NCBI GenBank assembly: GCA_000165425.1
Contig: CT868653.1
Location: forward strand, 186,001 to 250,000
DNA: 64,000 nt
DNA from: Paramecium tetraurelia
Taxonomy: Eukaryota
Direction: 5' to 3'
Below are positions 50,388 through 62,121 of this stretch, piece by piece. The notes under the pieces were generated by a model that worked only from the letters and a program-made list of their open reading frames with translations, had not been told where the DNA came from and did not search any database. Made by a program: the position numbers and the translations under genes. The first letter of the stretch is position 1; each line of letters begins with the position of its first letter.

Positions 50388-53300
50388 TCACAATTAAGAA
50401 TGCAGGATCTTCTAGACTTTCTTTATTTTTGAAGATACAAAGCATTTTATAGTGTAATGAATAGGTTTGACTCTTTTTGTTCGATGGAATTTGTTTGTTC
50501 TACAATTAATTATGAATTTTACCTTATGATTACATTATCATAGTTATTATGCGGATTATAATACTTAAATAAATGCATCTTCTCAAATCTATTAAACAAT
50601 ATATCGTTATATTAATAGTGATGATTCTTTAATAATTCAAATTCGATACCTCTGGAGTATTGATAATTTAGAACTGTGACATCTAATTGAGAATACTCAC
50701 TTTGGTGCCAGTTTTAGTGCTCTTCTTTCTATTTGTATGTCTCTGCTATTCTGAGAGTGATTAATCACTATACGATCCTTTATCCTCCTTCTTTTTTTAG
50801 GGCGGAGGCTATTGAAATTGCGTTGGAGAAACTCTAGCAGACTTAGTATTAACCTTAGAATTGCTGGAGGGATTATTAGATAAGTTGTTAGACAGAGGAT
50901 TGGAGTAGGTGTTAGATCGATTTGAGGTTTGTCTGATTGAATTCTATTGTTGTTATTGAAATTGAACTTGATCATCCATCTATCCTGATTGTTATTGTTA
51001 GTAACGAAAAGTCAATTTGGTATGCATAGAACGAGCAGCAGCATAGAGATGATTTTTCTTAGCAAAGGCTTGAGAACCACTGCTCTGCTTGCTCAACTAA
51101 TTTGTATCTTCTTGTTTTGAGTTAAGAGTTTCAAGTTACTTACTTTGGGATTACTCCGTGATAACTTGCAATTTCTCCTTATGCAAATTCTCTATAATTA
51201 TTGATTAACATTATTACCTAGAGTTTCAGACATAAAGGGAAATCCTGCTGTTCTTAGAGTAGTTTTATTTTATTATTTTCTTAACTAGTTGTTGAATGCA
51301 GGATCAATGCCCAAATCTTCATAGAGCTAATCCCCTTCACTGTCTTGGTTGTCACTTATTTCAGGACTCTGTTTATGAACTGATTATGTTTTACTCAAAT
51401 AGCTGGCGGAGTGTTATGTCTAATCTAAGTAGATTTAATATATATTTATATAAATGTATATATACTTTCGCTGTAAGGTAGTTGCGATGACATCGGGAAG
51501 TCCTCTGATGTCATTACTTCCTATGATAACTTCTATTGATATTGCTTGGCTCTTTCCCCCACAACAAACAACATCAACAGAGCCTTAGGTTCTTTGTTTT
51601 TTCTCTCAATTTTAAAGCGTTATTAGTTATGAGGGTAGATATGCCTTTCAATAATGTTTATTTTATTTGGATAATATTACAAGTATTGGCATTCAAATAA
51701 CAGATGACCCTTGGATTTACAATAATGACATTCAAAAGTATTATGATTCTAATTGCAATTATCTTTGAATAAACAAAATATCTCATTATCATGAGGGAAA
51801 GTCTTAATGATTTCCAAGAAATCCGATCTTCTCAATTTCAATACTGTGGTCAAGCTTTGACTATTGATGGAAATATAAGGAGGAATCCCACTTACGAATG
51901 AGAATTCCCCAAAGGTTTATCCTTCAGACAAGGTATGAAACGTCCTTTTTGGTTTGCCTTGAAAATAACCTTAATATTGAATCTTCACTTTTCCTTTTAA
52001 AATAAAGTAGAGACAGAAATCTTCAACCTAATGTTCCTATGATATTCTATTATAAGAACTTTACTTAAACAATATTCTCCTCAGGATTATATTGGGCCAT
52101 GTCGAACCAATAAATCAGTTGTTACTTCAAACTGGACGAAAACTTATTAAACAACTTTATTTTATCAACCATCTTAGAGCGGATAGAGATCTAGAGTTCT
52201 TCCTAGAGACCTGGAGACAACTTCTTAGCTAAAAGATCTCTAGTCTTTATGATGTCTTCCTAATCTTAGATAGAAGATAGGCATTACATCAATTACATAT
52301 TCTAAATATGAGTAACAACGACATTGTAATCCGTAGTCAAGACTTTTGTCTTTAATTCCATTCAAAAAAGCAGCTAGATGTTTTTCCTTCTCCTCTTCCA
52401 ACTTCTTAGATGGTTTGATCCAAATGAATATTACTGATGCAGTATAAATCATATTGAAGGAACTAACGATCATAAAAATTTGCAGGAGTGTAGCATTTGA
52501 AGGAGTGACATCTATTGTTATAGCACCATTGTGTGTCAATATGGAAACCGCTAATGTAAGTGAATAATTAATTCCTTCATCGGATTCTAATAAACATGCA
52601 AATGTCATAATCAATGCCACCCAAAGAATTAGGATGTAAGTTGCTAACTAAGTGGATGTGTATATGTTTTCGAATCGTTCTGCTTGTCTGGCTAATTGCA
52701 AAATAATAAAAGGGATAATGATGTATTTGATCCTGTATTGATACGAAAAGATTAATATCAAAGTTGAGGCTAGTCGGCTTAAATCCAAGACGATCTTAGA
52801 GTTATCGAAATATTCGGTATTGAACTTACCCTCACTCAAGTGAAACGGTCCTCTCTTAAAATGAATATCAGCAGCTATTTGAAGGATTGAAAATCCATGT
52901 ATTATATAAGCTGCAATATCAAAGCCTGGTTCTTCGGTTGCTTAGAGAGGAATAATAATAGAAGACGCGAAGATGATCGCTGAGGTCAAAACAAAGTAGG
53001 AGATCGTGAACCATCGATACATTTGAGGTTAGACTATTGATTTCTAAAATATCTACTTTAGGCTGAATCGTCGATCAAAGTGATGTCTCTCAATTAACTC
53101 CAATTAATCTTTCTTCTCATCCTTTGGACAAACTTGTTGACTATGTTCTTCACGCGCTGAGAATTAAGAGTGCCAGATTTGTTTTTGTCCATCAATTATA
53201 ACTGCAGCTATAATTTATCTCTAATTTTATACTGATTCAGATTGCAATGAATCATGAGGCTCTAAACCTGAAACATCAACCAACCTACTAGCACTGTTAT

Positions 53301-53610
53301 TTTCAACCACTTTTACTTTTGATTCCTTTTGAAAAGAATTCTTCTCAAAACTTTTGTTTGAATGAATATTAGTATAAATTGTGGGTACCTTCATATCACT
53401 CCCACTTATGTCGCATGGCTATTAGATCGGCGAATTCATAAATATCAATTTTCGCTATTGCTATTATAAACTTGAAGAAGACTATTCCTCATCCTCCTCT
53501 TAAATTGATTAGCTATTCTAGTATCCCACAGTTCTCGATATTTTCCTTTGAGGAATGAGTTCAGTTGGATCAAGGTCTTAAAACTCTTCGATTTTTTTAG
53601 ATAACTACAT
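50388..53610 (-). CDS. Cyclic-nucleotide-binding-domain cation-channel-like protein (EAG/KCNH-like family) with degenerate pore and CCHC knuckle
   Basis: TM segments 52400-53030; pore-position LTLAVSILTHNGAITIDVTP; C-linker LQCRCYSYLEY..LSPGL; CNBD LYFILQGKV..GQTFGEFSF; CHYCKSKGHLLFEC; C-terminal FEKMHLFKYYNPHNNYDNVI. Confidence 0.82.
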
Positions 53611-54306
53611 TATTATTTAAATTCATTCTTTATAAAGCAATAATAATCCACTCAAAACTCAAAGGGAATCAGTATCAAGAAAAACTTAGAACTGAATCAC
53701 ATATGCACCTATAAATAGTGAAATTAACCAAAAAAATCATTGAGTTCTGAAAACTATAAACTTTTTAAATTTTATAAGGAAATAACACCAAAAAATTAAT
53801 TAACCCAACTCTTTATATGGATATATTGGATACAATCTTAAAGTTATTAGAACATGGTGAGAAAAGGCAGTATTTTTAGACTATATTTTAAAATAAAAAA
53901 TGATCATGTTTGTAATTAACAACCTATGTTCTAATTAAAAAACCATGGATATTTCAAATAATTTACTTTTCACCTTAACTCAATGCTCTAAAGTAAATGA
54001 GAATTTAATTTAATTATTATCATTTTTTAGTTAATTTCAAGAATCAATATCAAATATAAATATACCTTTTGAAATTTTAAAGATTATAGTATCTTTTTAA
54101 TTATCATTATAATTTTAATAATTTAATACAAATTAATATTTATTAAACATCATATCTAGATTAATAATATATAGTAATTTTTTCAATAAATAGTTTAAAT
54201 GCAAACTTCTAGTTTTCTCAAAGATATATAATCGATAAATACTACTTTAAAATATCAACATCTTTTTAATAAATATTTTAAATTTCCATATAATTTTAAT
54301 CAAATC

Positions 54307-56924
54307 TCATTCAATAATGATACTCTCTTAAAATAAAACCATGAGTCCAGGATTGTCAGCCAAGAAGGATCTTAAGGAAGATGATTCCAAAATAATAATT
54401 TCAGTATCTTCTACAGCCTCAACTATGGTAGTGGTTCTTCTGTTTTAAACGATTGAATCAATTTCTCCAAAGAACATTCCACTAGTCAGAGGATAAGTCT
54501 AAATTATGAATTATTATATACTTTTATTTCACTTATTGATGATTTTTCTGAGACTTCTGGGGTTTAGATATTCGGTCTTTATTATTCAAGCATGGCTAGA
54601 TTGATGGGTAAAGATAGCCTCTTCTTTTTTTAATCAATAATTTATTATTATTATTATTTGGTCTGATCACTAATTGTTGATTCTTATCTATTAACTTTTA
54701 CAGATTATCCTTCAAATTGTTACACTACATAATCAGAAGGTAATATCACTTAAGCTTTACCAGATACTACAAAAAATGCTACTGTAGCCATAACACCATA
54801 TTATTGAATCATGGAATGTTTTTAGAAAACGCGTTTTTAATTTAGGAGCATTTCCAATTGAATTTTTTGATAGGATGTTAATTAAGAGAAGAATTTGTTT
54901 TTATCCATAATTTAGGTTTGAGAACGAACTACTTATAAATTCTCTAATTTTTGCATAACTTCATCGTGTTAAAATACCCTCAAAAAGTCTGCTTTACTCA
55001 AAGTTATTAAATCGCATTAATTCATAGCAGTGGCATTGGCTCTTCTCTTATTTTAATTGAAGAAGCATCCTTCGCCAAAATAATCACCATAATGCAAATA
55101 TTTCACAAAGACAGGATTTTCAGAGTGTATTTTAACAGTGCCTTTGCGAATTATATAAAACTCAGTTCCAATCTCATCTTAAACACAGATATTTTAGTTT
55201 TGCTCATATTTCTTAAGAATTGAACTTTCAAAAATCTATCTTACTTAATGAATGTTTGCATGTTTAAATAAATCGATATTTTCAATCAAACTCAATTCTT
55301 AAATAGTATTCAATCTAAAATCTTCAGTTTAATTAATTAATACTATAGTATTTTCTAATCCTACTCCTGGGACTCTCAATCCAGAATCAGGAGGGATATC
55401 TTTGGCGGCAGTATGAATCAATCTTAATCTCTCCTTTACTTCTGGGGGGAGTAAAGCCAATAATTTTGCAGGAGTGTGTATAGGAGGTACACCAGCTTCA
55501 TGTAAGATGAGTGAATTATTCCACTTATCTTCACTAATCAAATAATTGAATCTGGATTCTGAAATGACTCCTTTCTCATAAATAGCTTTTAATCCATTAG
55601 GTTCATAGAAAGTGTCACCACTGAAATAGATTGATTTACCTCCCAATCTCACTGTAAAAGATAAACAAGGAATACTGTGGAGAGAATAATGAAAGTCAAA
55701 TGAGGCTCCATTTATCTTCAAAGGGTGTCCTACAATGACTCTTTCAAAGTTAAATAGTGATTCAATGTAATCAGCTGAAAAACCAGTCATGGCTGCATAT
55801 TTTCTAACAAAACTCTCTTTAATTGTTGCAGTACTAATTAAAATGGTTTTTTCAGACTCTAATAGTTTTTAAAAGGTTCCTGAATCGTGATCGGCATGAT
55901 TATGCGATATGATTACCCACTTCACCAATCTACTTGGTATTCCATTCTTTCTCAAGAGAAGTGTTGTAAATGGAGGTGGATCAAGCATCACGCCTAAACC
56001 ATTTATCCAAAAGATGTAACCTGAAACTGATCCTTTTGGGTCAAATCCATGTGAACAGCCTAAAACTGTTACTCCAAATGCAGGAGGAGTAAATGTCTAT
56101 TCAAAATAATGTTCAACATATTATTAATCGTTGGGATTACTAAATAATCCGTATTTTATATATGCATTGGATTTAGCATCATCTATCAAGATTTCAACTT
56201 TATTTTTCATCTTAGCTATTTGTTTCCCGTTCTCAAATATCAAAAATTTCTAATCTTCCTTTTTTACGACTACTTCCTAACCCAAATTAACTTGATTTTA
56301 TTCATCAAAAATTAAAAAGTTGATCAATAAATCAACAGTTAATGGTTCGCTTGGATTGAAGGGATTCTTAGCAAAATGGCCCAATTCTTTTAATATGTCA
56401 GGTTTGCAATTGTAATCACTACTAAAATCCTAATCAAATCTAGATAAGTCTTTAGGACCAAGTAAGGTTTCTTGAAAAATAGCTCTTATTGCTTCTTCTC
56501 CTTCCTTATCTGTTATCAGGGTAACTCGTCTTCGCTTTACGAAAAAACTGAAGTAAGCTGGAAACTCAAACTCTGCTACAGACAAACAGAATCGTTTATC
56601 AAATCTATGTGAAGGTACAATAAAAATTCCAGGGACATCCAAACCTAAGTTGATACTATCTTTCAATGTCTCTGGAACCATGCTGAACTGAATAGCACCA
56701 GCCTTTGTCATTACAATGCTTCCTCCCCTAGGCAACTTAATCTTGTTGGATATATCACTCTCTGAAAATTATGATTCAGATTTTAAAAGTATAGGGTTTT
56801 TTATTTGATTGGATAATCTATCATTCTCACTTTGACCGCCATCATCAGAACCATCATCTTGATGAGAACTAGTCATTGAAGCATATTCAAGAACTTCTTA
56901 TTCATTAACAAAATGACAAGCCAT
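54307..56924 (-). CDS. Metallo-beta-lactamase-fold cyclic nucleotide phosphodiesterase with two cNMP-binding domains (PdeD/PdeE, GbpA/B-like)
   Basis: LPRGG..QFSMVPETLKD, EFPAY, GVTVLGCSHGFDPKG, MLDPP, ISHNHADHDSGTFQKLL (HxHxDH), HSIP, FSGDT, HEAGVPPIHT; CNBDs FYIIRKGTV..GDYFGEG..RRANATA and GMFFGEI..RRTTTIVEA. Confidence 0.88.
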
Positions 56925-57729
56925 TTTAATCTGATAAAATTTATTTATTTGATATGTGATATAAAATATAAGTATAAATACATAGCATATGATTTATTAT
57001 TTGTTTCCATATTCTAATATTAATACTGAATTTTTTTGTCTTAAATCTGATTATTAGTTAGATAGAGATGCTAAAGATATAAATTATGAAATTCATCTTA
57101 AAAGTATTTAACTCTTTGAAAGTATTTAATATATAAGAACTTATTGTCCTATATCTAACTATAATGTTTAATCAAAAAAAGTCATTATAAGAAATTGCAT
57201 TCCAAAAGTTTAATAATGAATAAACAGAGATTATTTTATCAATATACAGTTAAGATCCCTTTTTTATGTAATATTATTCTAAAAAAAAAGAATTACATCC
57301 CTTATCAATTTATTTTTTTTAAAGGAAAAATTGATTATGACTCAAGATAATATTACATACATTGTAGATAATAATGAACTATTGATTATAAATATAAAAT
57401 TAGTTTTGAATTAGGAGTATAAACTTGAGATTTTATTTTAATCTGCAATTTATAATTCCTTCTAATTTTAAATATGATTGCAATATGATATTTGAGAAGA
57501 AAATAAATTTTGGAACTCCTTATTATTCCCTAATCTTATAGAATTAACGAGTTAGATTTTAAGAATAATAGGGTAATCATGGCCTTTACTAAATGAGTAT
57601 GGGTGAATCAGATATCAATTAGAAATCTTTTGAGATGAGGAAGAGTTTGATCACAAAAATTAATTAACATTAAAAAGTGATTAATATTGAATTACGAGTT
57701 ATGAATATAATATATATATATATTACAAT

Positions 57730-58122
57730 ATGGAGTTCCCAGTATTGAGTGGAATATGCGGTTCGCTTGCAAGTTATGCTGGTAGGACAATTATTATGTA
57801 TATAGGTAAAATTGCTTTTTAAGATGAATCATAATTAATGTACAGAGGAGTTGGGTTGATTTGTATGCTGTTATTCAATAAGTGGATGTTTTAATTCAGT
57901 TTTAAGTCAATGTAAATTAATGGATCTTCAGTGACTGTGTTGTTGTAATTTATAGTAGGCAATCTCATAAATGTAAGAATGGTGTATTTGAGTTAGGGAC
58001 TTAATGGGTATTTTCTATTGAGTGAGTCATTGTCGTTGCAATGGTTAATTGGAATAATATTAATGTGTTTTGGAGTTTTTATGATATCAAATGATAATCA
58101 TGAACGCTAAAAATAGTAATGA
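57730..58122 (+). CDS. TMEM42-like small 4-TM DMT/EamA-type protein
   Basis: MEFPVLSGICGSLASYAGKIAF..GLICMLLFNKWM..GYFLLSESLSLQWLIGIILMCFGVFMI; two 24-nt introns. Confidence 0.75.
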
Positions 58123-58250
58123 GATAATGATGATTAACTAAATAAAAAATGCGTCATTTTAATATAAGTTTAAAAGATAATGCGCAAGATAGTAGGCACT
58201 AATTAAGGAATATTTATAGATTTATGATCTAATTTATAAATATCCAGCAA

Positions 58251-59244
58251 ATGCACTCTCTTCACGTTAAGCTTAGTGATGAACCAGAACTCTCAGCAGT
58301 ATGTTCAGCCCTTCTTCTTGCATTCATTGAAAACTCCAGAGTTTTGAGATACTGTTCTGGAGGTGGTGACTACACAAACACCCAAAATGATTTCGGAGAT
58401 CATCAATTAGAGATGGATGTGCAATGCGAATTGAATGTCAACACAGAATTGAAGAAAACAGGTTTCGTTAGTCACACAGCAAGTGAAGAAACCCCAGAAG
58501 TATAATGAATTCATAATATTTTCTAGATGAAGCTTCTTTCTGAGGGTGGAAAGTACATAGTGACATTTGATCCATTGGATGGAAGTTCAATTATAGGAAC
58601 CAACTTTGCAGTGGGCACAATAGTTGCCATTTGGAAATCCGACGAAAAATTATTAATGGAAAAAAGGGTAGAGACATGGTTTCTGCTTGTTGTTGTTTAT
58701 ACGGAAGCAGAACAAACGTTGTGTTCTGGAATGAGAAGGAATAGAAGGTCTAGGAATACACATTATTTGGTATGGCATTAATTTTGATTATGTAGATGGC
58801 GATAAGCAAGGTCACTGGGAACTAACCAAGGATAACATCAAGATCAAGCCAAAAGGCAAGTTGTTCAGTCCAGGAAACACTAGATGCATTGCTGATCACA
58901 TTCCCTACAGAGAAGTCGTTGATTATTGGATCCACAATGGCTACACATTGAGATATTCAGGTGGAATGGCCCCAGATATTTGCTAGATCTTCTTGAAAGA
59001 AGTAGGAGTATTCTCTTGTTTCGGTGATGCCAAATATCCTTCAAAATTAAGATACCTTTATGAATGTGCTCCACTCTCCTTCTTAACTGAGAAGGCTGAC
59101 GGAAAGTCTTTCAATGGAACACATTCAGTACTCGACACTGAAATTACAGGATATCAACAAAAGAGTGAAATCATTGTAGGAAGTGCGGATGAGATCGAAT
59201 TTTTCAAGAGTGTTTGGAAGAAGCATGGACTTTTAAAAGAATGA
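58251..59244 (+). CDS. Sedoheptulose-1,7-bisphosphatase-like (FBPase class I family); apparent -1 frameshift at about 58656
   Basis: [71 protein letters not shown]. The FGDxQL, FSPGN and YTLRY motifs match SBPases better than FBPases. Confidence 0.85.
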
Positions 59245-59269
59245 TGTGTTTATTGAATATTTTAAATTA

Positions 59270-60989
59270 TCAATAATAAATTCTAATCAATTCATTCAAT
59301 TCTTATATAAGTTAAGGATCTTTCACTTTCAAAAAGTTAACTATATTGATCTCATCAAATAATTGTTTCCGAGAATATAATGCAGATTAATTGCTTATTC
59401 CACTGTTAACTATTTACTATTATTCAAACCTTTTGTTGACTTGGTGTTTTCTTCAATTATTGTAGTTTATTGATTGGCATTTCATTGTGCAATTTCTCAC
59501 TGCTTTAACTGCGATTTACTAATTAATCTCCTGATTTATCGTTCTTACTTCCTCCTGCACTAACCTATCTTAATATCCTTGAAGAGCTTTTTGAATCCTT
59601 AGAAACAGAATATGATCTCTATTGTTATGGTTATCTCTTGTCTAGTTCGTTCTAAATGAACTGATGCAAAGGTGATTTGGCATATTTCATTAAAAATTCA
59701 GTATTCATCAAGGACAAATTCAGTTAATTGATGCATCTTTCATAATCATTAGGATTTAGTTGAGGCACTAAAATAATAAGTTAAGTGAGATACCAAATTC
59801 TAATAGTAATTGGAATGACTTTTCCTATGCCTATTAGACTTGAGGAGTGGCTGCTAAGAGAATCAAACAATCATCCAGATCCAGTTTGCTCAGATTATAT
59901 GTGGGGTTCAAATTGTAATACAAATGATTCAAACACAGGGTCAATACTTGGTCAGTGTTAAGATAAACTGTGAATTCCAACTTTTGTTAATCAAATTTAT
60001 TCAGATCTATGATTTAGTATATCATAATATACCATTGAATTCGCATAGGAGAATTTTATTTCCTTTGCTAGCAACCAAATTGACTAACTTCAATTGCTCT
60101 AGACCGAATTGGGAAAGTTGCAATTAGAAATAGAGAGCAATGATTCTTAGGTTTAATTCAGGATCGATGTCTTCTAATTTAAGATAAATTTTGAGGACTT
60201 TATCCTCCATTTTGGCTACTAATTTCCATGTGAAATCTGAAAATTTAAACTATTGGGTTTCTTTGTTGATTATGGAGGAGAGATTTGATAATTTCCAATT
60301 AATGCTAGGATGAGTTTGATAGTTGATCTTCTTGGCCAAGACAGTTTATTTTTGCTAAGTGATTATTTGCACTATGTCTTAACAATTTCTGATCTTTTAG
60401 ACTATTTATAGCAGTTCGGGATTGTTCTTTTTGCGATAATTTTTTAATGCTCTTTCTAGTATCTCTTCGATGACTTTCTAGTTGATCTTATTGAGATCCA
60501 TGGGATTGGATTAGTATATGAGTAATAAATTCCTTGCTGTGAAATTCATACAGACATTCAACATCTAGTACCATACTTCTGGGGAATCCTGAATTAAAAT
60601 AGATAGCTACTTCACATGCTTTCAGCTTTTTGAATGCTTCATTTAAGAACAAAATGCAATTCTGAACAGTCACTCTATCTAAAATGAGATCGCGAATTAC
60701 AGTCTCTTAAAAGAATTCCATCTGCAGATGATCTCCCAACCATAAGAGTCTTTGTAGAGTTTGATCAGTGTATTTCTTCTGAATATCCAATTGATTGTTG
60801 AGGAACTATTGGAAAACTGAGAAAGCTTCCATCGTTAGCCATTTTGGCATAGTGGCAGTATACACCTTGTCATAAGATTAATGTGCTTACAAGGCCTTTC
60901 TTCTCAGTTTGGAGAGTCATGCTCAGACACTTGCTGGCTTCAATGTAATGAGTTTACCCTTCAACTACGAAGCAAACGAATTCGGACAT
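59270..60989 (-). CDS. BTB/BACK-like domain protein (ciliate family)
   Basis: MSEFVCFVVEGQTHY..AFSVFQQFL..LLWLGDHLQMEFFQETVIRDLILDRVTVQNCILFLNEA (BTB-to-BACK-like); FTWKL later; TGA 59270-59272. Confidence 0.6.
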
Positions 60990-61055
60990 ATATATTCGTT
61001 TATTAATTATATATAAAATAATTTCAAAAATCGATTTAACTTCCTTTACAATGAA

Positions 61056-61697
61056 TCAGAGAAACAATTCTTAAAAATGCATCATTGAATCCTGCTAGAA
61101 GATTTCATAATTCCAATATTGCTTGTTGATCGAATTGGTACATTGTTGACTGTCCTCGAAGGAAGGTTAGTTTAAGAAGTCATAATTTTAAAGGATATCG
61201 TTTCTGAAGGATTGCGCATCTTTTCCACTCTTGGAGATCAATTGCTGAAATGTTCTGATTTAAGAGTAACTCAAACATCCCCTCTCTTGTAATAGAAGTA
61301 ATTATTTGAGTTTGATATTCTTGCTTCTTACGAATTCATCCTGCCAAGCCTTGGAAGCCTTGAAACTAGAGTCCTTAAAGAACTTGATTGCCTGCAATTT
61401 GATTTGTTGTCTTGAAACTCTTTTCTTCTATTTGATGCATTGTTTCTTGACCCATGATTCCAATTGCTCCTCTGCTTTTTCATTGAGTTTCTTCCTTCCA
61501 CACCCCTTCTTCCTCTTGTAACCAGACCTAATCCATCTCCTGATGTTTTTGATAGAGGTTTTGTATTTGTCTTTCAAATGTATAAGGGAAGTCTGTGAAG
61601 GATGCTTAGAGTAGTAATCAATAATCTCTTATTTGATACCTTCTGTGAGTATGGTATACTTCTTTAATTTTTTCTTTTAAGTTCCTCGAGTTTTCAT
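61056..61697 (-). CDS. CENP-B/Tc5(pogo)-type double-HTH DNA-binding protein without DDE domain
   Basis: MKTRGTQKKKLKKYTILTEGIKQEII..KYKTSIKNIRRW..RKKGCGRKKLNEKAEEQLESWV..IKLQAIKFFKDSSFKASKAWQDEFVRSKNI; 213 aa, intronless. Confidence 0.8.
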
Positions 61698-61797
61698 AAT
61701 CTAATTAATAAAATGAAATTGGTTTTTTGTTGTGCATCTCCGACCTAAAATATTTTACTAGTTGGATGTTATTAATTTGCAGATAATAATTTAATTT

Positions 61798-62121
61798 ATG
61801 ATTTTGCTCATAATTTTTGGCGCAGTCTTTGGATTGGAGTACCAGAAAGTATTCAGTTATAATGGTCAATATGCTCATGGTATCCAATTAATTTAATACA
61901 AGTAAGTGATATCCTCCGAATGCAATGCCAAATCAGTTGAAGATGCTCCTCGATTATATAACATCATCGAATAGCAATACCAATTCGAGTGGTTAATGAC
62001 GTGTTCTGATGACACTGAGTGTTGGGCCAAAGTCACGTTCAGCAATGAAGGGAACAACATATGTTGTTGTCACAGCTATAAATTAGTGATATTAATTATA
62101 TTTTATTATCTAATATATTGA
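61798..62121 (+). CDS. Small secreted, probably GPI-anchored Cys-containing protein (about 100 aa)
   Basis: MILLIIFGAVFGLEY (signal peptide)...ECNAK..TCSDDTECWAK..NICCCHSYKLVILIIFYYLIY* (hydrophobic tail); possible in-frame 27-nt intron at 61880-61906. Confidence 0.7.

Noticed and set aside
51541..51600. Suspected frameshift in the channel-like gene tail
   Set aside because: On recount the frame is continuous (KALLMLFVVGERAKQY).
56925..57729. Longest gene-free AT-rich spacer, inspected for ncRNA, IES or mobile element
   Set aside because: No convincing ORF, tRNA fold, terminal repeats or IES-like ends; treated as a divergent promoter region.
49855..58665. Programmed ribosomal frameshifting (Euplotes-like) as the cause of the citrate synthase and SBPase shifts
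   Set aside because: No shared slippery AAA-stop motif, the shifts are in opposite directions, and TAA/TAG are sense codons here; indel error or mutation is simpler.
61905..62075. GC-richer island with apparent terminal stem (GTGAT...GTCAC) and TGATGA/CTGA-like words, suggesting a snoRNA, RNase MRP or telomerase RNA
   Set aside because: It is fully explained by the open plus-strand ORF 61798-62121 with signal peptide and hydrophobic tail; no telomerase template or P4 motifs were found.
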